Shown piece after piece: positions 48,038-59,938 of a stretch of DNA of 64,000 nucleotides. Origin of the DNA: an uncultured delta proteobacterium. GTDB taxonomy: Bacteria > Myxococcota_A > Polyangia > Polyangiales > Polyangiaceae. The stretch lies in assembly GCA_963806225.1 (NCBI GenBank), contig CAWDXG010000004.1, positions 3,136,001-3,200,000 on the forward strand, in the 5' to 3' direction. The position numbers and the translations under genes were made by a program. Each line of letters starts with the position of its first letter. Position 1 is the first letter of the stretch. The notes below the pieces were generated by a model. The model worked only from the letters and a program-made list of their open reading frames with translations. It searched no databases and was not told where the DNA came from.

Positions 48038-48259
48038 CTACTTGCCGCGGTACACGATGAGGCCGTGCGTCAGATCGTAAGGCGAAACCGCCACGCGGAC
48101 GCGGTCGCCGGGCAGCACGCGGATGTGGTGGCGTCGCATACGGCCCGAAAGCTGAGCGCGCACCACTGCGCCGCCCTGGTCCACCTTGATGGTGTACTGG
48201 CCGCCGCCGAGAGCGTCCTGAATGACGCCCTCCATCTCGAGAAGATCACCTTTGCTCAT
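48038..48259 (-). CDS. infA: translation initiation factor IF-1
   Basis: MSKGDLLEMEG..LSGRMRRHHIRVLPGDRVRVAVSPYDLTHGLIVYR, 73 aa. Confidence 0.95.
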   Translation of the reverse strand: MSKGDLLEMEGVIQDALGGGQYTIKVDQGGAVVRAQLSGRMRRHHIRVLPGDRVRVAVSPYDLTHGLIVYRGK

Positions 48260-48385
48260 ACGCTTGTGCTGCTCGTTTCTGCAGGTTAAGGCTCGCGGAA
48301 GCTGACACAACCCCTGCCCTATTGCAAGATGCGAGCCTCCCGCCGCGGTCGTGTCACTGTTCGAGCCGGGAGTCACGTCGTAGCA

Positions 48386-49087
48386 ATGCCATCCGCCGTG
48401 TTTCCGGCCACCCTGTTCGACTACAACGGCGTGCTCGTCGACGACGAGGCGGTGCACCTGGCTGCCTTCCAGGCCGCCCTGGCGCCCCTCGGCATCCAGC
48501 TGTCCGAAGCCGACTACTGGGCTCGCTACCTCGGCTTCGACGACGTGGGGGCATTCCGGGCCATCCTGACCGATGCGGGACGCCCGCCCACCGACCAGCA
48601 GGTCCGCGAGCTGGTCGAGGCGAAGAAGCCGCTGTACCTGGAGCGAGCGCGGGGCTCGCTGTCGGCCTTCGAGGGCGCGCGCGAGCTTGTCGAGCAGCGC
48701 GCCGCCGCCGGGCCGGTCGGCATCGTGTCCGGCGCGCTCCGGAGCGAGATCGAGCTGGGGCTCGCGGTGCTCGGCGTCGCAGACCGCGTGACCGTGATCA
48801 TCTCCGCCGACGACACTACCGAGTCGAAGCCGAGCCCGCAGGGCTACCGGATGGGACAGGCCGCGCTGGCGCAGCTTGCCGGCGAGGACGTCGCTCGCGA
48901 GGCGTTGGTCGTCGAGGACTCGATCGCCGGCATCCAGGCGGCGCGCGCGGCGGGGCTCGCCTGCGTCGCGATCACCCATAGCTACCCGGCGGCGGAGCTC
49001 GCCGCGGCGGATCTCGTCGTCGAGCGACTTCAGGACATCACCGAGGCCGCGCTCGCCGAGCTGTACGGAGCGCGCCATGCGCGTTGA
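48386..49087 (+). CDS. HAD-superfamily hydrolase (beta-PGM/CbbY-like)
   Basis: FDYNGVLVDDE, IVSG, SKPSPQGY, VEDSIAGIQAA. Confidence 0.88.
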   Translation: MPSAVFPATLFDYNGVLVDDEAVHLAAFQAALAPLGIQLSEADYWARYLGFDDVGAFRAILTDAGRPPTDQQVRELVEAKKPLYLERARGSLSAFEGARELVEQRAAAGPVGIVSGALRSEIELGLAVLGVADRVTVIISADDTTESKPSPQGYRMGQAALAQLAGEDVAREALVVEDSIAGIQAARAAGLACVAITHSYPAAELAAADLVVERLQDITEAALAELYGARHAR

Positions 49088-50234
49088 AGCGGCGCTCGCG
49101 CTCGCCGCGCTTCTCCTTGCCGGTGCGGCCCAGGCGACGCCACGTTCGCTACCGCCCGGCGCGAACGGCTGGCGCGACTCGGAGCTCCGCAGCATCCGCG
49201 GCGTCACCGTCGGCCCCATCGAGAGCGCGCTCCACCCCGGCAAGGGCTACGGCAGCGAGCCGTGCGCGCGCAGCATGCACGAGATCCGGCAGATGGGCGG
49301 CAACTGGGTCAGCCTCACGCCCTTCGGCCGCGTCCGGGACCTCACGCCGAGCGGCGTGTCGATGACGTTCGAGGCGCCGTACCGGGAGAATCGCGTGGCC
49401 GTCGCACGCGCCGTCGAGCAGGCCCACCACGAGGGGCTGCGCGTGATGCTCGTCCCTCACCTGTGGGTCGAGTCGGGCGGGTGGCGCGCGAAGATCGATC
49501 CCGGCGACGACGCAGCCTGGGCGCGCTGGGCCGCGAGCTACCGAGCGTTCTTGATGAACTGGGCCGAAGTCGCACGCGACGCAGGCGTCGACATGCTCGC
49601 CGTCGGCGTCGAGCTCCGCAGCTGGGTCACCACCACGCACGCTCCGAGCTTCATCGACATCATCCACGACGTGCGCGGTGTGTATCCGGGCCTGCTCACC
49701 TACGCCGCCAACTGGGATGACGTCGACGACACCGTCATCCTGGGCGACCTGGACGTGATCGGCATCAACGCCTTCTACCCGCTCGCCGACAAGAAAGGCG
49801 CCGACTACCCGACGCTGGTCGCAGGCGGTCACAAGGTGGCCGAGAAAGTCGGTCGCCTCGCTGCGAGCTGGGACAAGCCGGTGATGTTCACCGAGTTCGG
49901 GTACACCACGCGGCCCGATCCCGCCGTGCGCCCGTGGGAGTGGCCCGACAAGATGAAACACGTCGTGGTCGACCAACGCGCCCAGGCGCGCGCCTACGCC
50001 GCGCTGCTCCAGGCCTTCGTCGACAAGCCCTGGTTCGCCGGCTTCTTCGTGTGGCGCTTGTACGCCGACCCCGACGACATGTCGCAGGAAGCCGAATGGG
50101 GCTTTTCTCCACGCGGAAAGGAAGCCGGCCTGGTCCTGCGCGACGCCTTCCACGCCTGGTGGGCCGCCGACGGCCCCCGCCCCATCGGCAGCGGGATCGG
50201 CAAGGTCTCGGCCTGGGTCGACAGGCCATTCTGA
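49077..50234 (+). CDS. secreted glycoside hydrolase family 113-like protein
   Basis: Signal peptide; VMLVPHLW, WR..I, VGVEL, LTYAANWD, IGINAFYPL, FTEFGY, F.P.GK.A. Confidence 0.82.
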   Translation: MRVEAALALAALLLAGAAQATPRSLPPGANGWRDSELRSIRGVTVGPIESALHPGKGYGSEPCARSMHEIRQMGGNWVSLTPFGRVRDLTPSGVSMTFEAPYRENRVAVARAVEQAHHEGLRVMLVPHLWVESGGWRAKIDPGDDAAWARWAASYRAFLMNWAEVARDAGVDMLAVGVELRSWVTTTHAPSFIDIIHDVRGVYPGLLTYAANWDDVDDTVILGDLDVIGINAFYPLADKKGADYPTLVAGGHKVAEKVGRLAASWDKPVMFTEFGYTTRPDPAVRPWEWPDKMKHVVVDQRAQARAYAALLQAFVDKPWFAGFFVWRLYADPDDMSQEAEWGFSPRGKEAGLVLRDAFHAWWAADGPRPIGSGIGKVSAWVDRPF

Positions 50235-50274
50235 ACGGCGGTGCGGCCGGGGGCGGGCTTCTTGGCCCGGACGC

Positions 50275-50943
50275 CTAGTAGCCCGCCAGACAACGCTGGG
50301 CCTGGCAGGTCCACTTGGGGACAGGCCGGTCCCAGCCGAAGGCCGCCGAGTCGAGAACTTCGCACGCCGGGCACGCCGTACCATCCGGGCACGTGCAAGC
50401 CATCTCGCAGGAGCCACTGTCGCACGTGAGCCCTGCGGCGCAGTCGGCATCGACCTGGCAGGTCGCGTGGACGCTCCCCTCGCAGGTCTGGTTGACCGGG
50501 TCGCAGGCTCGACACGCCTTGCGCTCGGCGACGTAGCCGTCGAAGCAGTCGAGCTCGGTGGTGCCGTCGCAGGCGAACGCTTCCGCCCCCGCCGGACACG
50601 CTGGATTGCGCTTCGGCTCGAGCGTGCACGACCCGTGGACCCCGGACACCCTGCAGACACCCGGAGAACACGCCGCCTTGTTGGACCAGGTGGCGCTGCT
50701 GCCCTCGTGGTAGTGCGGATCGCCGATCCCGCCGGACGGGCCACCCGGGTGTCCTGTGCAGTACTGTAGCTCCGTCCCGTCGCACCTCCAGGTGTCCACC
50801 GCGCACGAGCTGCCCCCGCCGCAGCTCGTCATGGCGAACGACAGCACCGCCAAAAGCGCCATCGAGCACAAGGCGCGCAGCGCCGTCTTGCGCCGGAAGC
50901 GCGAGTGACGCGGGGGGAACGGCCCGTGCAGCAGCAACGTCAT
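50275..50943 (-). CDS. Cys-rich lipoprotein (start uncertain)
   Basis: Hydrophobic signal ending MTSC; many Cys, CDGTEL repeated twice. Confidence 0.65.
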   Translation of the reverse strand: MTLLLHGPFPPRHSRFRRKTALRALCSMALLAVLSFAMTSCGGGSSCAVDTWRCDGTELQYCTGHPGGPSGGIGDPHYHEGSSATWSNKAACSPGVCRVSGVHGSCTLEPKRNPACPAGAEAFACDGTTELDCFDGYVAERKACRACDPVNQTCEGSVHATCQVDADCAAGLTCDSGSCEMACTCPDGTACPACEVLDSAAFGWDRPVPKWTCQAQRCLAGY

Positions 50944-50953
50944 GACGCGGCGA

Positions 50954-51373
50954 CTAGTCGCGCCGCGGCGCCGGCGGTGGAACACCCCGGAGCGAGCGGG
51001 CGGCGAGCTGCAGCACGCCATCCCTGGATTCCTCGAGAATTCGTTTGGCGTCGTCGGCGGAGTAGCCGAGCAGCTTGGCGAGGGAGTCGAGCATGCTGTG
51101 CTCCTCCGCAGCTTCGCTGCCGTCGATCCGCATGACGATGCCGGCGTTGCCGAGCAGCACCTCGCGGTCGTCCTTGGAAAGCTGGTCGACGGGAATGTCG
51201 TCGAGGCTGCGCTCGGTCTTCGCGTACTCGCGCAGCTCCGCGGCGTCGTCCGGGGTCGCGTCGAAGGAGGTGAGCAGATGCTCGAGCAGCTCCGACTCCG
51301 CGCTCTCCACCTTGCCGTCAGCCCATGCGACCGCGATCAGGGACTTCACGATGATCTTGTCTTCCGGGTTCAT
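50954..51373 (-). CDS. TerB-family (tellurite resistance B-like) protein
   Basis: LIAVAWADGKVESAE and MRIDGSEAAEE..L..LAKLLG duplicated motifs. Confidence 0.85.
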   Translation of the reverse strand: MNPEDKIIVKSLIAVAWADGKVESAESELLEHLLTSFDATPDDAAELREYAKTERSLDDIPVDQLSKDDREVLLGNAGIVMRIDGSEAAEEHSMLDSLAKLLGYSADDAKRILEESRDGVLQLAARSLRGVPPPAPRRD

Positions 51374-51536
51374 AGCTCCGGAGAGTAGCCGGGAAGCGAC
51401 GCGAAGGGGACGCTTCTCGGCACCGCCCCGCGCGGCGCGCGATCTGGCTGAAATCAGGGCGGAACCCGAGGCCATGGCCGCTTTGCCCCGCGGTGCGCAA
51501 CGTGCCTACCCAGCCGTCATGGGGGAGGGCGTACTC

Positions 51537-53798
51537 CTAGTACGCGTCCGGTCCGGCGCGCAGGCCCTTGGGCAAGGCGAGCTCGAGCGCGGGCACGGCG
51601 CTTTCGCCGCCGTCGAGGTAGGCGTAGCGCGCCATGTTGCCGACAACCCGGCCGACGTAGTTGCGCGTTTCGTGGAAGGGGATGCGCGCAACCCACACGT
51701 CGAGCGGCAGGTGTTCGCCGGATTCGAGCCAGTGCGACACGCGCGCCGGGCCAGCGTTGTAGGCGGCGGCGGCGAGCGCGACGCTGCCGCCGAAGGTCCC
51801 GAGCACCTTGTGCAGATAGAACGCGCCGAGGCGGATGTTGTACGGCGGGCTCCGCAGCAGGAGTGGGTCGTAGTCGACGCCGACCTCTCCGGCGACGGTG
51901 CGCGCGGTCGGAGGAATGAGCTGGAGCAGGCCGACGGCGCGAGCGGCCGAGACCACGGCGGGGCGGAAGCCGCTCTCCTGGCGCATCACGGCGTAGACGA
52001 GATCACGGGGCAGACCGTTCTTCTTCTCCGCGGCCCGCACCAGCGGCTCGTAGGGGCGCGGGTAGATGCAGTTCCAGACCCAGCGTGTGCCGTTGGTCGG
52101 CGCGTTGTCGAGGTGCGACCAGTGCGCGGCACGCTGGCCGACCTTGTAGCGGCGCGCGGCGGTGCTGAAGCTCCCGTAGGCGTGACACAGCGCTTCGTCG
52201 GCGCTGTCGCCGAGCTGCTTCTTGACGATGGGCTCGTACGCCGCGAGCGCACGGGCAGCATCCCGGTCGAGGCCGATGCGACGCAAGAGCTTCACGCGCG
52301 GCGGCAGCCGGAACGCCGGCGGAGTGTGCGGCTTGCCGCTCTTGGCGGGCTCGATCAGCGGCGGCAGCTTCTGGCCGAGCTCTTTCAGACGCGCGGCAGC
52401 GGCCAGCGCGGAAAACGAGAGCGGACGCTCGTCGATGACGTGGCGGAAGCGCTCGGCGGCGGCATCCTTGTTGCCGAGGCCGGCCAGCGCGACGCCTTCG
52501 AGCTCGTGATAGCGGGCCTCGAGGCGCGGCTCGTCCGTGGCCTTGGCCAGCACAGCGAAGCGCCTGGCGGCAGGCTTGTGTTTCCCCGAGGCAAGCCAGG
52601 TGACGCTCTGCTCGTAGCGCGCGCTGTCGACGAAGCGGCCCTTCTTGCCGAAGCGACCGAGGTAGTGCTGGTAGGCGGCGTCGGCCTTCTTCCAGTGGCC
52701 GAGGATGTACTCGAGGCGTGCTGCCAGATAGAGCGCTTCCTCGGCGTAACCGCTCCGCGGATAGCGAGCGGCGAGCGCCTTGTACTTCGCGATGGCCTTC
52801 TCGTCCTGGTCGGCCCGCGACAGCGCACGCGCGGCGTAGAACTGGTCCTTGACGCTGTCGCGCCCGCCAAGCTTCGCGGACTGTGCGAGGTACTCCGACG
52901 CCTTTGCGTAGTCCTTGCGCGCCATGTACAGCGCCCAGCCGCGCGCGTGCAGAAGCTCGCGCTCCGGAACGCCTTTCTTGATGCGGTCGAGCTCGGACAG
53001 AGCCAGGTCGGCCTTTCCGGCGCGCGCCAGAGCCATCGCGCGGTCGTAGCGCTGTCGCGGGGCGAGCACGCGCTTCGGGTCGAGCTTCTGGATGCGCGCC
53101 TCGACGCCCTTCGACTCGGGCGCGGCGGGCGCCGCGGTGGCGAGCCAACGCAGGTCGGCCACGGCGAGCTTCTTTTCGCCGGCCTTCTCGGCGAGCTCGG
53201 CGCGCAGGGCGTGGGCGCGGGCGCGCAGGCGCGTGGAGCCGTGGTGGAGCAGGCGATGGATCGCGCGGTCGACCTGGGCGCGCGCCTGGGCGGATTTTCC
53301 CGCGCGATGGAACGCGCGCGCCGCGTTGATCCACGCCCCGGCATCGCCCTGTTTCTCGAAGTAGTGCGCCGCGTCGAGGTACGGCCCGGCTTCGAGCTCG
53401 GCACGGGCACGGCGGAGCGCGATGTCGCCGGCGAGCAGCGGCAGTTTCTTGCCGAGGCCGTCGAGCAGCTTCACCGCGCGCTGGTGATCGCCCAGCGCGA
53501 TGGCGGCGCGGGCCCGGGCGTAGCGCACTTCGGGCTCGTCCCGCTTCTTCTTGTCGAGCGCGTCGATCAGCCTCGCGGCGTCGGCCCAGCGCTCCATGCG
53601 CACCGCCTCGACCCAGGTGCCGTCGCCCGAAGGATTCGCGGGGGGCTCGGCGGCCTTCGCCGACTTGGCGGGCGGATCGACGGAATGCGCCCGGCCGGGC
53701 GACACGCTGGGTCCCGCTTCGCCCGCCCCCGCCGGCGAGCTCCGCGCGCACCCCAGCACAAGCAAGGCGAGCGCGGCATACAGTCCGACACTGCGCAT
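51537..53798 (-). CDS. soluble lytic transglycosylase with TPR repeats (Slt-like lipoprotein)
   Basis: Lipobox VLGC; TPR helices; AVMRQESGF, AVGLLQL, AAYNAGP, IPFHETRNYV. Confidence 0.93.
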   Translation of the reverse strand: MRSVGLYAALALLVLGCARSSPAGAGEAGPSVSPGRAHSVDPPAKSAKAAEPPANPSGDGTWVEAVRMERWADAARLIDALDKKKRDEPEVRYARARAAIALGDHQRAVKLLDGLGKKLPLLAGDIALRRARAELEAGPYLDAAHYFEKQGDAGAWINAARAFHRAGKSAQARAQVDRAIHRLLHHGSTRLRARAHALRAELAEKAGEKKLAVADLRWLATAAPAAPESKGVEARIQKLDPKRVLAPRQRYDRAMALARAGKADLALSELDRIKKGVPERELLHARGWALYMARKDYAKASEYLAQSAKLGGRDSVKDQFYAARALSRADQDEKAIAKYKALAARYPRSGYAEEALYLAARLEYILGHWKKADAAYQHYLGRFGKKGRFVDSARYEQSVTWLASGKHKPAARRFAVLAKATDEPRLEARYHELEGVALAGLGNKDAAAERFRHVIDERPLSFSALAAAARLKELGQKLPPLIEPAKSGKPHTPPAFRLPPRVKLLRRIGLDRDAARALAAYEPIVKKQLGDSADEALCHAYGSFSTAARRYKVGQRAAHWSHLDNAPTNGTRWVWNCIYPRPYEPLVRAAEKKNGLPRDLVYAVMRQESGFRPAVVSAARAVGLLQLIPPTARTVAGEVGVDYDPLLLRSPPYNIRLGAFYLHKVLGTFGGSVALAAAAYNAGPARVSHWLESGEHLPLDVWVARIPFHETRNYVGRVVGNMARYAYLDGGESAVPALELALPKGLRAGPDAY

Positions 53799-53897
53799 CC
53801 TCTACGCGATTTCCTAGCACGCCCCCCCGGGGGGGCGGCAAATCGGCGACGCCCGCGGCGACGCAGGCTGCGGGGCCGCACTCCAGCGCGCGGCGGG

Positions 53898-54431
53898 CTA
53901 CCAGCCCCAGCGGTATTCGGCGCGCACCAACGCGGAGAAGTACGGCGCATCCGCCAGGCTCTGCGGCGGATTGCGCAGGAAGGCATGGTAGCGGAACTGG
54001 GCGCCCATGGCGAAGCTGCGGGAGAACGAATAGTCGAGACCGAGCCCGATCGAGGCGCCGGGCTCGCCATAGTGCCCGAGCGGCGACGGACCACCGGAGA
54101 AGCCGTAGTAGCCGGCCATCAGATCGACGTACGGCACCCACTGGATGATGTCGATCTTGTAGGCAACGCCAGCCGAGGCCGAGAGGATCTGGGTGCGGTG
54201 GCCGCCCAGGTCGTGACTCGAATCCATGAGCTCGAGCTTGAGGTCGAACATGTCGCTGAGGCCGTAGGCCGCGTAAACCCCCAGCGCCGGATTCACCCCC
54301 GATGCGCTGCCCTTCAAGGTCGCAATGCCGAGCCCGCCGCCAAGGTGCCACTGCCGCTCGAACGCGTGCGCGCGGCTCGTGCCGAACACGATGCAGGCCA
54401 GCGCGGCCAGGGCGGCGGCGATCCGCGTCAT
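53898..54431 (-). CDS. small outer-membrane beta-barrel protein
   Basis: Signal ending AHA; amphipathic strands (GLGLDY, QFRYH); C-terminal AEYRWGW. Confidence 0.8.
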   Translation of the reverse strand: MTRIAAALAALACIVFGTSRAHAFERQWHLGGGLGIATLKGSASGVNPALGVYAAYGLSDMFDLKLELMDSSHDLGGHRTQILSASAGVAYKIDIIQWVPYVDLMAGYYGFSGGPSPLGHYGEPGASIGLGLDYSFSRSFAMGAQFRYHAFLRNPPQSLADAPYFSALVRAEYRWGW

Positions 54432-54637
54432 GCGGGGCGTTCTACTACGCGAGGCGTCGGGGGGGCCAGGTCCGTTCACGCGTTCGTTGTCTGGCGGGTC
54501 CTGGCAGCCGCTGTGCCCGGAGAGGCGGCGCGACACCGACAGCTCGCGACAGCCCTGCGACGGCGGCACGATGCTGGCCTGGCTTGACGCTCTGTCGCGG
54601 GCGCGGGAAAGGCGTTCAGGGAGCCGCAGCTCAAGCA

Positions 54638-55153
54638 ATGCGCGCAAGGCACACCATGGTCCTGCTAGCCGTCGTCGCGGTGCTGGCTGGCTGTCGGGGA
54701 TACGACTTCCGCACGCTTGCCGTGTACAACGCCCCGCGGTCGCGCTTTCGCCTCGTCGCGCTAACCGAAGGCACGGTGAAGGCCGGCGAGGACGTGACGG
54801 ATCGGGGGCGCGGCACGGTGGTCGTGTGTCCGCTGTCGCCCGGCGCCCGCGCGATCGAGCTGCGCTTCGCGCCGGGTGCGGCGGTTGCTTTCGCGATCGA
54901 CAAGGGCGCGAAGGGCTCACTGTCGTGGGGTTTTCGCGCCGCCGCGCCCTCGCTCTCGCGCGTGCTCAAGCTCGGCGCCTACCCGACGCCGCGTGCCCGC
55001 GAGCTCGACGAAGCGGTGCAGGTGATCGACGGAGCTCTGGCAGGCCCCAAAGGCACGTACATGTCCGGGCAGACCAAGTCAGTCGATGTCGTGCGCGTCG
55101 ACTTCCACACCAGCGCGCCAAAGCCCGGCTTCGCCGCGTGCGGTGGGCCGTAG
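54638..55153 (+). CDS. hypothetical lipoprotein
   Basis: Canonical lipobox LAGC after a hydrophobic stretch. Confidence 0.7.
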   Translation: MRARHTMVLLAVVAVLAGCRGYDFRTLAVYNAPRSRFRLVALTEGTVKAGEDVTDRGRGTVVVCPLSPGARAIELRFAPGAAVAFAIDKGAKGSLSWGFRAAAPSLSRVLKLGAYPTPRARELDEAVQVIDGALAGPKGTYMSGQTKSVDVVRVDFHTSAPKPGFAACGGP

Positions 55154-55252
55154 CACCCAGCCAGCAGCGCGTCCGACCCACCGCTGCGACGCGGGCTGGT
55201 GCCGCGTCCGCGAGCAGGTTCGGGATGGAATCGCTACTTCCGGGACGCGGCA

Positions 55253-55810
55253 CTAGCCGGCCTCGCGCACGCAGATGCGACCCACGAACGCGATGTCGGC
55301 ACAGAGCGGCAGCGCGCCCGTGCAGTCCGCCGCCGTCACGCACTCGCCGGAGCAGTAGTACACGCCGCCCGGCCCCTCGACGCACAGCGAGCTCGCACAG
55401 TCGTTGCCGCCGTCGCAGCGATCGATGCCGTTCTTTCCGGTGCCCCGCGGCCCCGGCGCGCACGCGCAGCCAGCGTCCAGATCGCACTCGCAACGCAGCG
55501 CACTGTGGCAGTCGCGATTGAAGGTGCAGGGCGCTCCCGCCTCGCCCGGGCCGTCCACAGCGTCGAGCGAAGCATCCAGCGCGCCGGCGTCGGCGGAGCC
55601 ATCGGTATTGGCGGAACCGTCGCTGATTGCGGAAGCGTCACCTGCGTCTGTCGTCGCCCCGGAGTCGGGCGCAACGTGGTGCGTCGCCGCGCTACTGCAC
55701 GCTGCCGACAGCCCGCCCGCCGCCAGCGCCACGAGCGCAGTCGCAACCCAGCGTGCCGATCCCTTCAAGCGAAGCCTCCTCCCGCCAGAGCCAGCGCTGC
55801 ATGCTTCCAC
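55253..55810 (-). CDS. Cys-rich lipoprotein with DAG/DAS acidic linker (start uncertain)
   Basis: Signal ending SAAC; DAG repeats; C...DC.S.LC and YCS..C...DC modules. Confidence 0.7.
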   Translation of the reverse strand: MEACSAGSGGRRLRLKGSARWVATALVALAAGGLSAACSSAATHHVAPDSGATTDAGDASAISDGSANTDGSADAGALDASLDAVDGPGEAGAPCTFNRDCHSALRCECDLDAGCACAPGPRGTGKNGIDRCDGGNDCASSLCVEGPGGVYYCSGECVTAADCTGALPLCADIAFVGRICVREAG

Positions 55811-55860
55811 GCCTTGCCGTCCGGATGCAATCGAGCGGGAGCGCCGGCTACCGCGCGGAG

Positions 55861-56955
55861 CTAGGCCGTCTGCTCGGCGGCGCCCCTCGCGTCGAGGCTC
55901 GACAAGAGCTCCAGCGCCGCGCGCTGCGTCTTCGATCCCAAAAGCGCCTTGTCCGCGGCGCGTTGTGCACTCCTACGCGCCGCCGGCGCGTTGCCCAGCG
56001 CGGCGTCGGCGCGGGCGCGGATCAGCAGACGCGAGTCGGAGGCTCTGCAGAGCTTGTCCGCCTCGTCCAGCGCCCCGAGCGCGCCGTGCGGGTCGCCCGC
56101 CAGGCGGCGCGCCTCCGCCTCCGTACCGAAGCAGCGCGCGAGCCTGACCTCCGCCTGGCCCTGTGCCCGGAGCAGTTCTTTCGCCTCTTCCAGCTCCGCC
56201 AGACAGCGCTCGAGCCCCGCAGCGTCGAGCCCGCCCGCAGCGCTGATGCGGTACCACACGGAGTTGTTCAGCGCCGAGGCTCCCAGGCCCTCCGGATCGA
56301 GCTCCCGCACCTTGTCGTTCGCCGCCAGCGCTTCTTCCGTACGTCCGAGCTCGCCCAGACACACGCCGCTGTTCAGAAAGTCGGCAGCGCTGCGCTCGCT
56401 CTCCGGAATGGCGGACAGCACGCCCAGCACTGCCTCTGAAGCCTCCACGCGGAATCCCTCGGCGACCAGCGCGCTCAGCTGTTCGGCAGAAGGCTCCGCG
56501 CCGAGCGCCCGCTCGAACAGCGCGTTGTACGCGGCGGGGGGCATTCCGGGCGGCAGCGCGCGCAGGAGCAGCAGCAGGCTCTCCGCCGTTTTGCCCTCGC
56601 GCTCCAGCTGCTCCAGGATGATCGCGAGCGGGTACGGCGCGCACTGATCGCAGATCGCGACGCTGGGAGCTGCCACGAGCCGGTTCACCGCGCGGCGCGA
56701 CTTGCGGCACATCGAGCACTCCTGCGCCGGAACCCGGGACGCGATGTTCAACACACCGAGCGCCGCCGCCGCCCCGAGCAAGAGCCAGCCTGCGCGGACC
56801 ATGCCCCCGTTGGCGCCGATGAACCAAACGGAACACCCGGCCAGCACGACCCCGGTCCAGATGAGCCGCTTCTGCCAGCGCTGCGAGATGTAGATCCTGA
56901 GCGGCTCCTTCGCGGCCGTCTGTGCGTCCGGGCCACCCAGCTTCCAACCTGTCAC
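55861..56955 (-). CDS. membrane protein with ClpX-type C4 zinc finger and TPR repeats
   Basis: Two TM segments; CSMCRKS..VNRLVAAPSVAICDQC; TPR-like helices (NSGVCLGELGRTEEALAA). Confidence 0.75.
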   Translation of the reverse strand: MTGWKLGGPDAQTAAKEPLRIYISQRWQKRLIWTGVVLAGCSVWFIGANGGMVRAGWLLLGAAAALGVLNIASRVPAQECSMCRKSRRAVNRLVAAPSVAICDQCAPYPLAIILEQLEREGKTAESLLLLLRALPPGMPPAAYNALFERALGAEPSAEQLSALVAEGFRVEASEAVLGVLSAIPESERSAADFLNSGVCLGELGRTEEALAANDKVRELDPEGLGASALNNSVWYRISAAGGLDAAGLERCLAELEEAKELLRAQGQAEVRLARCFGTEAEARRLAGDPHGALGALDEADKLCRASDSRLLIRARADAALGNAPAARRSAQRAADKALLGSKTQRAALELLSSLDARGAAEQTA

Positions 56956-57008
56956 GCCGCGGAGTGTTGGGCGTGCGGAGGCGCGCGGTCAAGGCGCCCG
57001 CGGCGCGG

Positions 57009-57504
57009 CTAGTCGCGCGCAGCCGCCTCTAGCCCTGCCTCCAGGCGCGCGCGCCACGCGGCGGGGTCGATGTGGCGGCGGCGCTCGGCGGCGACCTGCT
57101 GCGCGATGTCGATGGCGATCCGAGATCCCGAAGCCGAGCACGGCGGCGACCAGGCCATACCCGAAGCTGTGGCGCCACTTGCCGATCACGGCGCTCGCCG
57201 CCAGCACCAGACCGACGAGCAACCAGACCCGGCTCGGTTCCCGCGCAACCGGCTGCAGCCCGCGCGTGGTCAGGAGGAGCTGGACGCGACGCTCCGCCGG
57301 ATCGACGCCGAGCACGATGAACGTGCCGTCGTCCTGCCAGCCCTCGGCCTGCCAGACGACGCGCTCGCCCTCCGATTCGACCGCGCCGACGCTCTGCTCC
57401 ATGCCGTCCATCAACGCAGCCGCCAGGCGGCGCGCGAACGCTTCGCCACCGTCGGCGTGTTGTACCCACGGCGGGATGGCGAGCTCGATGCGCTTCTGCT
57501 CCAC
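57009..57504 (-). CDS. hypothetical membrane protein (apparent frameshift near 57122)
   Basis: Two TM segments; the corrected C-terminus reads WIAIDIAQQVAAERRRHIDPAAWRARLEAGLEAAARD*. Confidence 0.6.
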
Positions 57505-57677
57505 GCGAACCGGGTATCACGAAACCGAGCGGGCGGGCGCGCCGACACGCCGCTACTTCGGCGTGGTGGGTGGGGCCCCCGGCCGGACGCGGAGCGCCCG
57601 GCCTTGGCGGGCCCGCGGCGCGCGGAGCAAAGCGAGCACGCCGCAACGTGAAGCGACGTGAAAGCGCGGGGGCAACC

Positions 57678-59920
<2,243 letters not shown>

Positions 59921-59938
59921 GGCCTCGGAACCCCGCGC

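Noticed and set aside
51075..54587. Very long antisense ORFs (also 720-2939, 4789-7005, 29493-31970, 35175-38042, 58931-61228)
   Set aside because: Shadow or alternate frames of real genes, expected in high-GC DNA; Arg/Ala/Gly-rich with no motifs.
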